Assembly (NCBI GenBank): GCA_001797035.1
Contig: MGOE01000133.1
Coordinates: 69,081-114,304 of the forward strand
DNA: 45,224 nt
Source: Chloroflexi bacterium RBG_16_72_14
GTDB lineage: Bacteria > Chloroflexota > Limnocylindria > Limnocylindrales > CSP1-4
Direction of reading: 5' to 3'
Numbering within the stretch: position 1 is the first letter of the stretch; every line of letters starts with the position of its first letter. The translations under genes were made by a program, and so were the position numbers. Of the stretch, positions 8,385 through 17,080 are shown piece after piece. Under the pieces are notes generated by a model that saw only the letters and a program-made list of their open reading frames with translations, was not told the origin of the DNA and made no database searches.

Positions 8385-8689
8385 TGATGTGGTCCTTGTG
8401 GTGCTGACTGTACCGGCGCCATTGGACATCGGCGTTCGGGACCTCGCCGTTCCGCATGGAAGCTCTCCGTGATGTCGGTACCGTTGCCGAGAGAGACGGA
8501 CATCGCGTACTCGGCGTTGTTCTGCAGCGCGACGTTGAATCCGCCGCCCCAGCAGTATGTGTGGGTCGCGTTGTCGGCAAACCAGCCAGCGTTGGGTGGA
8601 CCGACGCCGAAGGCGTCGGTCATCACGGGTCCAGTGATCGCAATGGTGGCGCAAGTGGCGAAGGCGAGGCTACGCATCAGGCGAAGCAT
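8348..8689 (-). pseudogene. 5' fragment of a secreted-protein gene (signal peptide plus about 55 aa, then frame decay)
   Basis: MLRLMRSLAFATCATIAITGPVMT signal, then DAFGVGPPNAGWFADNATHTYCWGGGFNVALQNNAEYAMSVSLGNGTDITE with high GC3. After about 8450 the GC3 collapses and the ORF overlaps the next gene. Confidence 0.35.
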
Positions 8690-8797
8690 TCGGCCCGCCC
8701 TTCTCTGCTGTGCTCGCCGCTCTGCCGGATCGGCGATCCAAACCGTGGGCGCGCCACGCCGCTGAATCAAGTGCGGACACGCCTGTAGAACGCGCGG

Positions 8798-10516
8798 TCA
8801 GCGGAGCAGGTAGCGGCGGCTGAGCGGGACGTCCGTCACGGGCTCCACGGCGAGGACCTCCTCACCCAGGGAGACGGCGCCGGTCCGCAGGTCGATGTCC
8901 ACCGGCGCCGTCGCGCGGTTCGCGTGCAGCGACGAGCGTGTGAGCCCGCGCACGCCGCCCACCGACACCAGCGCGCGACGGGTGCCCAGGCGCGCCGCCA
9001 GCGCGCGACGATCCACGGACGACGACACGAACGTCACCGAGACCCTCGGCGCCACGTTCGGCGTGCCGCCCCAGTCGGCCCGGTAGCGCGTCGGCTCCGC
9101 CCGTTCCAGCGACGCGTTCCCCTCGCCCAGCGGCCCCCACGCCGGGAAGCCGCCCTTGAACACCCACTCGGGCTTGACGCCGAAGAAGCCGGGCTTCCAC
9201 AGGACGAGGTCCGCCAGGCGCCCCGGCCGCAGCGAGCCCACGTGATCGGCGAGACCGTGCGTGATCGCCGGCTCGATCGTCACCTTCGCCAGGTAGCGCA
9301 GCACCCGCGCCGTATCATCGCGGTCGTCGGGGTCTCCGAGGCCGGGGTCGGGCGGCAGGCCCGGCACGCCGTCGGCCGAGGACGACCGTCGCCACGCCTT
9401 CATCACGTGCGCCAGCTGGAACGTCCGCCGCACCGTCTCGCCGATCCGCCCCATCCCCTGCGAGTCGGAGTTGACGATCCCGATCGCGCCCAGCTCGTGG
9501 AGCGGTCCTTCGGCGGCCATCCGCGCCTCCAGCACCCGCTCCCGGACCAGCGCGAGGTCCCCCGGCACGGACCACGAGAGCCCGTGGTTGATCACCGTCA
9601 TCGGCACGTGCTCCACCGCGGTGTGCACCCCGAACGGGATCGTCGGCGTCGTGGACGAGCACAGGATCGACGGCTCCCGGACCAGCCCCAGGAGGTCCGG
9701 CACGTGGCCGCCGCCCGTCCCCTCCACGTGATAGGCGTGGACCGTCCGCCCGGCGATGGCCGCTATCGTGTCCTCGAGCTCCGCGGACTCGTGGAGGCCG
9801 TCGGTGTGCAGGCTCACCGTGAGGTCGCGGGCGTCGGCGTAGCCCAGGACGTGGTCGATGAGCTCCGGGTACGCGCCGTTGTCCTCGTGGATCTTGAACC
9901 CCAGCGCGCCCGCCTCGACCAGGGCGTCGAGGTGCGAGTCCTCCGCCGCCCGGGCGCCCGCCTGCAGGCCGATGTTGACCGGCCAGCCCTCCAGCCCGGC
10001 GAGCACGCGCTCCATCGCCCACGGCGGCTCCTCGAAGCCGGCGGTGACGAGCGTGGTGACGCCGCCGGCCAGCGCGGATGGCAGGAGCTCGGGGCCGATC
10101 GTGTGGACGTGGGTGTCCACGGCGCCCGGTGTCGCGATCAGCCCGTAGGCCATGTAGGACTTCGTGTGGGGGCCGATGACGAGGTCGATGCCGTCGCTGA
10201 TCTCCGGGCTGCCCGACCGCCCGATGCCGGCGATCCGGCCGTCCTTGATGCCGATGTCGGCCTTGACGACGCCGATGACGGGGTCGATGACGAGCGCGCC
10301 GGTGAGCACGATGTCGAGCTCCGAGGGCCCCGTGGCCGCGTCCGATTGCGCCATCCGCGAGCGGAGGTTCTTCGCGTAGCCCCAGACCGGCTCGTCGCCC
10401 CGCGCGGTGCGATCCTCCTGGACCCGGACCCACAGGTCCGTGTCTCCGAGCCGGATCCGGTCGCCGGTGGTGGCGCCATAGCGTACGCGGTACGCGTCCG
10501 CGGACAGCCGGGTCAC
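8798..10516 (-). CDS. ureC: urease alpha subunit
   Basis: VDTHVHT, GFKIHEDNG (carbamyl-Lys), HTDGLHES, HAYHVEGTGGGHVPD, NSDSQGMGRIGE. All Ni-ligand positions are present. Confidence 0.92.
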   Translation of the reverse strand: MTRLSADAYRVRYGATTGDRIRLGDTDLWVRVQEDRTARGDEPVWGYAKNLRSRMAQSDAATGPSELDIVLTGALVIDPVIGVVKADIGIKDGRIAGIGRSGSPEISDGIDLVIGPHTKSYMAYGLIATPGAVDTHVHTIGPELLPSALAGGVTTLVTAGFEEPPWAMERVLAGLEGWPVNIGLQAGARAAEDSHLDALVEAGALGFKIHEDNGAYPELIDHVLGYADARDLTVSLHTDGLHESAELEDTIAAIAGRTVHAYHVEGTGGGHVPDLLGLVREPSILCSSTTPTIPFGVHTAVEHVPMTVINHGLSWSVPGDLALVRERVLEARMAAEGPLHELGAIGIVNSDSQGMGRIGETVRRTFQLAHVMKAWRRSSSADGVPGLPPDPGLGDPDDRDDTARVLRYLAKVTIEPAITHGLADHVGSLRPGRLADLVLWKPGFFGVKPEWVFKGGFPAWGPLGEGNASLERAEPTRYRADWGGTPNVAPRVSVTFVSSSVDRRALAARLGTRRALVSVGGVRGLTRSSLHANRATAPVDIDLRTGAVSLGEEVLAVEPVTDVPLSRRYLLR

Positions 10517-11115
10517 CGATTCGGCCCCGATTCACCCGCATATCGGACCAGCCGGACTGTTTTCGACTCGCCCGGCGCCCATCCGACATAGCTCCCGGCC
10601 GGAATGTCAAGCCGGAAGCCCTGGGCGGCGGCGCGATCGAGCTCCAGGCGCGAGTTGACGCGGTGGAACGGATAGTGAGACGACACCCGCACCAGCCGGC
10701 GCGATCGGCTCGTGACCGTCAACTCGATCGTCTCCCTCCCCGCGTTGATCTCCACATCGGCGTGGTCGCCGACGACCAGCGCGCCCGGCCCCAGCCGGTC
10801 CGGCGGCGCGCCGCGGTCCAGCGGGTCCACGAGGGCGATGACGCGGGCGCCGTCGCCCAGCAGGACCTCGATGCGAACCTCGTCGAGCAGCTCCCGCACG
10901 CCGTCCAGCACGTCCTCCGGCGCCACGGCCGCCCGGCCGGCCGCCTCGACCTCCGTGTACGAGGCCCCGGCCCGCGCCGCCTCCAGCATCGCGTCGCAGA
11001 TCAGCGCGACGGCCTCCGGGTGGTTCAGGCGCAGACCGGCGGCGCGATGGCGGCGGGCGAGCTCCGCGGCGGCGAAGACCTGGAGCCGTTCTTCCTCCCA
11101 CGGGATCAGGCGCAT
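10513..11115 (-). CDS. ureAB: urease gamma/beta fusion subunit (UreAB)
   Basis: MRLIPWEEERLQVFAAAELARRHRAAGLRLNHPEAVALI (gamma) followed by DVEINAGRETIELTVTSRSRRLVRVSSHYPFHRVN...RLDIPAGS (beta). ATG 11115 is chosen because the track extension to 11664 is Arg/Ala-rich and overlaps the serpin gene. The stop overlaps the ureC start. Confidence 0.88.
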   Translation of the reverse strand: MRLIPWEEERLQVFAAAELARRHRAAGLRLNHPEAVALICDAMLEAARAGASYTEVEAAGRAAVAPEDVLDGVRELLDEVRIEVLLGDGARVIALVDPLDRGAPPDRLGPGALVVGDHADVEINAGRETIELTVTSRSRRLVRVSSHYPFHRVNSRLELDRAAAQGFRLDIPAGSYVGWAPGESKTVRLVRYAGESGPNR

Positions 11116-11200
11116 CGGACGATGGTAGCGGCGCGCGGAACCGCAGCGTGGCCCAAGTCGTCCCGGCACCGGGCGTCCCCGCTGCTGCGAGGTTGGATCG

Positions 11201-12487
11201 ATGACGCGCTTCCTGGCCGGCCTGCTCACGCTCGTCCTCGCCGCGGGCTGCGGCACCGCGGCTCCGGGCACGCCGGGTCCCGGCGACATCGAGCTCGCGG
11301 CCGCGAACATCCCCCACCTGTCCGGCACCCCGGCCGACGCCTCGAACGCCGGCGCCGCGGTCAACGCCTTCGGCCTCGACCTGTACGCGGCCGTCGCCGC
11401 GGCGGACCCGGGCGCCAACCTCGTGATCTCGCCGGCGAGCATCGCGGTCGCCCTGTCGATGGCCCGGGCAGGCGCCCGCGGCCAGACCGCCGCCGAGATG
11501 GACACGGTGCTCCGCGACCTGGGCACGGACGAGCACGCCACATGGCTCGCGGCCCTCGACGCGGCGCTCAACTCGCGCACCGGCACGTTCCGCGACCGCG
11601 GCGGCGAGGAGCAGCAGGTCACGCTCCGGATCGTCAACGCCCCGTTCGCCCAGCGCGGGCTCACGCTGGAGGACGCCTTCCTGGACGCGCTGGCGGAGCG
11701 GTTCGGCGCCGGCCTCCGGCTGGTCGACTACCGAGCCGCCGCGGAGGACGCCCGGCGCCTGATCAATGCCTGGGTCGCCGACCAGACCGAGGACCGGATC
11801 GAGGAGCTCCTCGCGCAGGGCACGATCGACTCGCTGACGCGCCTCGTCCTTGTCAACGCCATCTACCTCAAGGCCGCCTGGCAGACGCCGTTCGCCGAGG
11901 CGGCCACGGCGCCCGCGACGTTCACCCGCCTTGACGGCTCCGTCGTGGATGTCCCGATGATGCAGGGCGGCGGCGCGCTGCCGTATGCCGCCGGCGATGG
12001 CTGGCGGGCGGTGGAGCTGCCGTATGTCGGCGGCAAGCTCGCGATGCTGGTGATCGTCCCCGACGACCTCGCGGCCTTCGAGCCCGCCTTCGACGAAGCG
12101 GCCCTGGACGCCATCGTGTCCGGCCTCGGATCCCGCGAGGTCATCCTCGGGATGCCCAAGTTCGGCACCGAGTCGCAACTCGAGCTCAACGACGTGCTGG
12201 CGGCGATGGGGATGCCCACCGCGTTCGACGACGCCGCGGCCGACTTCTCGGGCATCACGACTGAGGAGCAGCTGTTCATCAGCGCCGTGATCCACCAGGC
12301 CAACATCGACGTGGACGAGAAGGGCACCGAGGCGGCGGCGGCCACGGCCGTGGCCATGGCTGCGTCGGCGGCGCCGGGCGAGATCGTCACCCTGACCGTG
12401 GACCGGCCGTTCCTGTTCGCGCTCCGGGACACGGAGACGGGCGCCGTGCTGTTCCTCGGCCGGGTCGCGGACCCGTCCGCCTCCTGA
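11201..12487 (+). CDS. serpin family protease inhibitor, probable lipoprotein
   Basis: Signal/lipobox LTLVLAAGC. Serpin core NLVISPASIAVALSMA. Hinge and reactive loop EKGTEAAAATAVAMAASAAPG. C-terminal DRPFLFALRD. Confidence 0.85.
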   Translation: MTRFLAGLLTLVLAAGCGTAAPGTPGPGDIELAAANIPHLSGTPADASNAGAAVNAFGLDLYAAVAAADPGANLVISPASIAVALSMARAGARGQTAAEMDTVLRDLGTDEHATWLAALDAALNSRTGTFRDRGGEEQQVTLRIVNAPFAQRGLTLEDAFLDALAERFGAGLRLVDYRAAAEDARRLINAWVADQTEDRIEELLAQGTIDSLTRLVLVNAIYLKAAWQTPFAEAATAPATFTRLDGSVVDVPMMQGGGALPYAAGDGWRAVELPYVGGKLAMLVIVPDDLAAFEPAFDEAALDAIVSGLGSREVILGMPKFGTESQLELNDVLAAMGMPTAFDDAAADFSGITTEEQLFISAVIHQANIDVDEKGTEAAAATAVAMAASAAPGEIVTLTVDRPFLFALRDTETGAVLFLGRVADPSAS

Positions 12488-13345
12488 TCAGGGCACGTCC
12501 TCGTCCTCGTCCCAGCCGAGGCCGCCCCAGACCACGCGCTCCCAGCCCACCTCCGGCAGGCCCATCTTCGCCCGCTCCTCGGGGGTCATCCGCCCGATCA
12601 TCGCCCGGGCCTCGCGGGCCTGCCGGACCTGCGACTCGTCCGACAGCACGTGCGCCATCAGTTCCGCCTGCTGCTCCGCCTGGGTCTTCGAACGCACCCA
12701 ATCGGTCAGCCAGGCCTCGACGCCCTGGAACTGCTCGCGGAACGAGCGACGGAACCGCTCCTCGCTGCTGCGCTCGGTGAGCTCCTCGGGGTCCCAGGCG
12801 ACCACGCGGCCGGTCGCGGCGTCCACGCAGTCGAAGCCCGGGCTCATCGCCACCAGCGGCAGGAGGCCGACCGGCCAGGCCCGGCCCCGTGGCATGGACC
12901 CCGGCTCGCGCAGCTCGCGCCACGTGCGCACGACCTCCGCAAGAGAGAGGATCCCCTCGCCGGGCCCGAACCCGCCGTCGGCCACCTCCGCGTACACCCG
13001 CCGCAGCGCCGGCGGCAGCGCGACGCCGAGCGCGGCCTCGGCGGCGACGATGGATGCCTCCTCCGCGGGCGCCGGCAGGACCATCGGTGCCGGCGTGTTC
13101 ATGTCGCGCTCCAGCTCGCGCGCCCGCGCGTCGCCGGCCTCGTCAACGCGCCCCGCCTGGTTCGCGGCCACGACCCGCCCCAGCTCGGAGGCGAGCGAAC
13201 GGCCCACCTGGAGCAGCCCGCCGAGGTCCATCGTCCGGGCGGCGGCGTAGAACCGCGAGGGCCGGGAGGACGTCCGGCGCTCCGGGTCGGCGGCCCGGGC
13301 ACGGAGGCGGTCGATGAGGGTGTCGAGATCGAGCACGTCTGTCAT
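12488..13345 (-). CDS. SMI1/KNR4 (SUKH-1) family protein with N- and C-terminal extensions
   Basis: AAEAALGVALPPALRRVYAEVADGGFGP...WPVGLLPLVAMSPGFDCVD..GRVVAWDPEE matches the SMI1/KNR4 pattern. TAGGAT-N6-ATG start. Confidence 0.6.
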   Translation of the reverse strand: MTDVLDLDTLIDRLRARAADPERRTSSRPSRFYAAARTMDLGGLLQVGRSLASELGRVVAANQAGRVDEAGDARARELERDMNTPAPMVLPAPAEEASIVAAEAALGVALPPALRRVYAEVADGGFGPGEGILSLAEVVRTWRELREPGSMPRGRAWPVGLLPLVAMSPGFDCVDAATGRVVAWDPEELTERSSEERFRRSFREQFQGVEAWLTDWVRSKTQAEQQAELMAHVLSDESQVRQAREARAMIGRMTPEERAKMGLPEVGWERVVWGGLGWDEDEDVP

Positions 13346-13422
13346 GCCCCGATCCTACGACGGCCGACACGGAGCCGTTCGCCCGCCTGTCCGGGCTCAG
13401 CATGTCCGCAGGGACGCCGACG

Positions 13423-14076
13423 CTACCTGACCGAGATTCGCCAGAAGTAGCGGTTGTCGGCGAAGGTCCAGCCGTCTCGCGCCAGATCGACGGCGAGCTG
13501 AACCAGGTACTCACCGCGCTCGGTCGGCGCCTCGACCTCGACCCTGGCAGCCGGGCCGCGCCCGGTCCCGATCACGCGCGCCCCGCGACCCGGGGGAATG
13601 GACTCCTGCTCGCCCTCGCCGAGATCCTCGAGGACCTCGACCGGCGCGACGGTGACCGACCACGCCACACGTCCGCCAAGCTCCCCGGAGGAGAACACCC
13701 AGGCGACCGGGGCCGAGAACGTGAGCGTCTCTCCGGGAGCCACGACCACCGCGGGCGCGTCGAGGACGAAAGCGTGCGGTCCACACTGATCGCCCACCTC
13801 GACGTCGGCGAGGTAGTACACGGCTCGACAGCCACCCTGGTCGGATGGTGCGATCGATGTCGTTCCTCTCACGAGCATCGGCGAACCTGGAAACGGCGGC
13901 ATCGTCGGCCGTGCCGCCACGGTCGGCACGACGAGGGTCGGGGCAGACACGGCGACCGTCGGAGGGGCCGGCGCTGTCGGCGAGGCCGCCTCGATTGAGG
14001 GCCCCGGACTCCGAGTCGCCGCCGTGCAGGCAGCTGACGCGACGGCCACGATCAGCATCGCGATCAGCGAGCGCAC
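13423..14076 (-). CDS. hypothetical lipoprotein
   Basis: A GTG at 14076 gives MRSLIAMLIVAVASAAC (lipobox), then a Pro/Ala-rich linker and a beta-rich domain. No family recognised. The start is uncertain (14058-14094). Confidence 0.5.
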   Translation of the reverse strand: MRSLIAMLIVAVASAACTAATRSPGPSIEAASPTAPAPPTVAVSAPTLVVPTVAARPTMPPFPGSPMLVRGTTSIAPSDQGGCRAVYYLADVEVGDQCGPHAFVLDAPAVVVAPGETLTFSAPVAWVFSSGELGGRVAWSVTVAPVEVLEDLGEGEQESIPPGRGARVIGTGRGPAARVEVEAPTERGEYLVQLAVDLARDGWTFADNRYFWRISVR

Positions 14077-14321
14077 GTGCCTCGGTTCGTCCACATGCTC
14101 CCAGACGCTCGGACAGCGCTCGATGCGCCGCCGGACGGATGGGCCGGATCGACTGCCCGACCGGCTCCGGGACACCGGCCTCGTCAGTGTGCGCCGGAGC
14201 AGGTACGCGCACCGGTCGCCGCCGGAGCGCGCCTGGCAAGGTCTGGAGGTGGGCCGCGGCCGATGGCCGGCTCGGCCAACCGGTGCTAGGATTCGCGCCC
14301 CGAACGATGGTTCGGTCCTGT

Positions 14322-14694
14322 GGGGATGCGTGGTTTCGACAGGGTCTGGCTGTCAGGGAACGCGAGCCGAGGTGCCGTCAGGCCTCGTTAAACAGGCGGC
14401 AAAACGAAGTACCTGCCAACAAGCAGCCTGCTCTCGCCCTCGCCGCTTAGGCGGTAAGGTGAGCGTGGAAGCGGCCTCCCCTCCGCGGGCCGTGGAAGCG
14501 TCACTCAGCGGAGGTGCAGCCCGGATGAGCGTCACGTAGTCCGGAGCGAAGCCCGATCTAGGGACACGTGACTGGGCCGGACGGAAGCCTGCCGATGGGC
14601 GTCCGACCGGCTGACGAAAACCATCGGACACGCTCGTAGTGGGTCCTGGCGAAGGGTTCTGGACGGGGAGTTCGACTCTCCCCCATCTCCACCA
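14322..14694 (+). ncRNA. ssrA: tmRNA (SsrA), tag reading frame ANKQPALALAA
   Basis: 5' GGGGAUGCGUGGUUUCGACAGGG pairs with 3' CAUCUCCACCA (G3:U wobble). T-arm GGGGAGUUCGACUCUCCCC. Tag ORF GCC 14415 to TAG 14448-14450. The resume codon lies near nt 94, as in E. coli. Confidence 0.93.
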
Positions 14695-14716
14695 CTCTAC
14701 TGGCTGACCCGTACAG

Positions 14717-14739
14717 CGCGGCCCTCGGGCGGGGCCGCG
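14717..14739. terminator. 8-bp GC hairpin between ssrA and the convergent gene
   Basis: CGCGGCCC-ucgggcg-GGGGCCGCG read directly. No U-tract. Confidence 0.35.
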
Positions 14740-14817
14740 GCTCGCGACGCGTTCACCCGACCACCGTGCCACGAGCGCCGGCGGTATGGGCGTCGATCGC
14801 GCGGCCCGCTGTTCGGA

Positions 14818-15417
14818 TCAGCCGCCTCGGCGCGCGTCGAGCGGTTCCGTGTCCTCGGGCCCCATCGCGACCGCCGTCCGCCGCCAGACCGCGTAGGCGG
14901 CCACGAGCGCCTCGTCGTCCACGTGGATCTCCGCCTCGAACGTGCCGCTGGCGTAGCGGTAGGTGAACTCGTCGAGCCGCGTATAGGTCTGCGCCGCCTT
15001 CTCGACCACCAGCTCCGGGAATCGAACCCAGGCGGCCTGGATCGTGTGCGACGCGCCCACCGCGAGCCGCAGCCGGCGGATGGGCAGCGTGTTGGTCGCC
15101 GGGCTGCAGCCAAGATCGACGTCCGTGCAGCCCTTGAGCGCCCGGACGGCAACACCGTCCAGGGTCCAGCTGCCCTTGGCGGTGCGCGTGAGCGCGAGCG
15201 TCCGTTGCTCGAAGCCACGCAGGTCCCGGACGCTGACCGCGGACGTCAGGCCGGCCGCGTCGGTGAGGATGCGGTACTCGATGCGGACGGGGAGCCCGCC
15301 CTCCGCACCCAGGACGGTGCCGACCAGCGACAGGCCGCTGTCGCGCAACGTCAGGGTGCAGTGCTCGTCGGTCTCGACCTCGTCGGATCGCCGCCAGGCG
15401 ACGCGCCTCGTCGTCAT
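14818..15417 (-). CDS. putative glycolipid-binding domain protein (DUF1089-like)
   Basis: GCTDVDLGCSPATNTLPIRRL and AAWVRFPEL...QTYTRL...YRY motifs recalled from that family. GGAGG 8 nt upstream of the ATG. Confidence 0.6.
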   Translation of the reverse strand: MTTRRVAWRRSDEVETDEHCTLTLRDSGLSLVGTVLGAEGGLPVRIEYRILTDAAGLTSAVSVRDLRGFEQRTLALTRTAKGSWTLDGVAVRALKGCTDVDLGCSPATNTLPIRRLRLAVGASHTIQAAWVRFPELVVEKAAQTYTRLDEFTYRYASGTFEAEIHVDDEALVAAYAVWRRTAVAMGPEDTEPLDARRGG

Positions 15418-15640
15418 GCCGCGGGCCTCCGGGCCGGCGATGACGAATCAGGCCGGTTCGGGCAGCTGGGCGGGGTCAGGCGTTCCATTCCGGGTCATTG
15501 TGACCCGCCCGGGCCCGTTGTGGTCCGCGGCCGGCGCGCCTGCGCCCGCCTGCAATCCGCCTGCAACGTGCGGATCGGTCCACCGGGCGCGCGGGCGATG
15601 CCGACCGGCCGAGGGTGGGGGCCGGACAGCGATGAGGGCG

Positions 15641-15793
15641 GGCCACGAAACGAAGCCCGCGAGTCGCGGCCGGGAGGGGCCCGAACGCGCGCAGCGCGAA
15701 CGCGGTCGCCACGTACGCAGACCCGAACGCCGTCGCCGCAAGGGCCGCGTACAGCTCGCCGCGGTGGCGTCTCGTGTCGTCGTCGATGCGCAT
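15641..15793 (-). pseudogene. N-terminal remnant of an EamA/DMT-type transporter gene
   Basis: GELYAALAATAFGSAYVATAFALRAFGPLPAATRGLRFVA resembles the first EamA repeat. The frame then turns Arg/Pro-rich and no continuation was found in the other frames. Confidence 0.3.
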
Positions 15794-15865
15794 CCACGCA
15801 TCGTCGCCTGTCGGCTCACCGCGCGCCGGTCGTTCGCGCGACCACACACCCCAGCCGGGTGCGGG

Positions 15866-17074
15866 TCAGTCGAGGACGATGAACAGGCCCACGACGAGCA
15901 GCAGGGCGACGCCCATGGCCACCCATGCGCGCACCACGGCCGACCTCGCCCGCAGCCGCCGCAGCACGGGGATCCCGATCGCGACCACGATCGACACGCC
16001 GGCCAGGAGCACGACCTCCATGGCCAGCCACAGCGGCAGGGCGACCACCGGCAGCGCCACGCCGTCGCGCACCGCGGCCGCCAGGACGAACAGGATGGTC
16101 GCGGCCATGCCCAGCGCCGTCCCGGTCGCGACGCGCAGCAGCGGCGCCCGGAGCTCCGCTCGCCGCGGGTGGGTCGCGACCAGCGACGCGACGATCGCCG
16201 TCCCCAGGATCAGGACGATGACCGAAAGCGACACCCCGATCGGGACCTCGTACGCGGACGAGACGAGGATCTTGACACCGGCGAACACGAGCAGCGCCGC
16301 GAGGCCGGTCTTGAGGTACACGAACCGGTCCAGCAGGCCGGCGAGCAGGAAGTACAGCGATCGCAGGCCCAGGATCGCGAACAGGTTGGAGCTGAACACC
16401 ACGAATGGATCGGTGGTCACCGCGAACACCGCCGGGATCGAGTCGAGGGCGAACATGATGTCGGTCGTCTCGATCGCGACCAGGACGGCGAGCAGGGGCG
16501 TGGCGATCCGCCGCCCGTGCTCTCGCACGGCGAAGGCGGCCCCGCGGTACGCGTCGGTCATCGGGACGGCACGGCGGAACAGCCGGAGCACCGGGTTGCG
16601 CTCCGGCGCCACGGCATGCCCGCGCGAGCGGGCGAGCCGGACGCCCGTGACGACCAGCAGCACGCCCAGGAGGTAGATCACCCAGTGTGCGGCGGCGAGG
16701 ATCGCCGTGCCGGCCGCGATGAACAGGGCCCGGAACACGATCGCGCCCAGGATTCCCCAGAACAGCAGCCGATGCTGGTACGCCGCTGGGACCGCGAACG
16801 CCGCGAAGATGAGGGCGAACACGAACACGTTGTCGACCGACAGCGACAGCTCGATCAGGTAGCCCGCGAAGTACTCGGCGCCCACTTCTCCGCCGCGCGT
16901 GGCGGCGACGAAGGCGCCGAAGCCCAGGGCGAGGCTCACCCAAACCACGCTCCACGCCGCCGCCTCGCGGAACGGCACGGGCCTCGCGTCGCGATGAAGG
17001 ACGAGCAGGTCGAGGGCGAGCATGCCCCCGACGACCAAGGCAAGCACCAGCCAGGGAACGAGATCAACGGACAC
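15866..17074 (-). CDS. TerC family integral membrane protein (Alx/MntP-context Mn-responsive type)
   Basis: YLIELSLSVDNVFVFALIF and LLFWGILGAIVFRALFI TerC motifs, multiple TMs, GTG start 6 nt after GGAGG. Confidence 0.85.
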   Translation of the reverse strand: MSVDLVPWLVLALVVGGMLALDLLVLHRDARPVPFREAAAWSVVWVSLALGFGAFVAATRGGEVGAEYFAGYLIELSLSVDNVFVFALIFAAFAVPAAYQHRLLFWGILGAIVFRALFIAAGTAILAAAHWVIYLLGVLLVVTGVRLARSRGHAVAPERNPVLRLFRRAVPMTDAYRGAAFAVREHGRRIATPLLAVLVAIETTDIMFALDSIPAVFAVTTDPFVVFSSNLFAILGLRSLYFLLAGLLDRFVYLKTGLAALLVFAGVKILVSSAYEVPIGVSLSVIVLILGTAIVASLVATHPRRAELRAPLLRVATGTALGMAATILFVLAAAVRDGVALPVVALPLWLAMEVVLLAGVSIVVAIGIPVLRRLRARSAVVRAWVAMGVALLLVVGLFIVLD

Positions 17075-17080
17075 GGGACG

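Noticed and set aside
11116-11664. N-terminal extension of the ureAB ORF, and analogous extensions of dnaA (38176-38538), VanW (34968-35351), the jag/yidC read-through (36167-37261), rpmH, rnpA, yidC and HAD
   Set aside because: The extensions are Arg/Pro-rich and overlap neighbouring genes. Homology-like sequence begins only at the internal starts used in the feature table.
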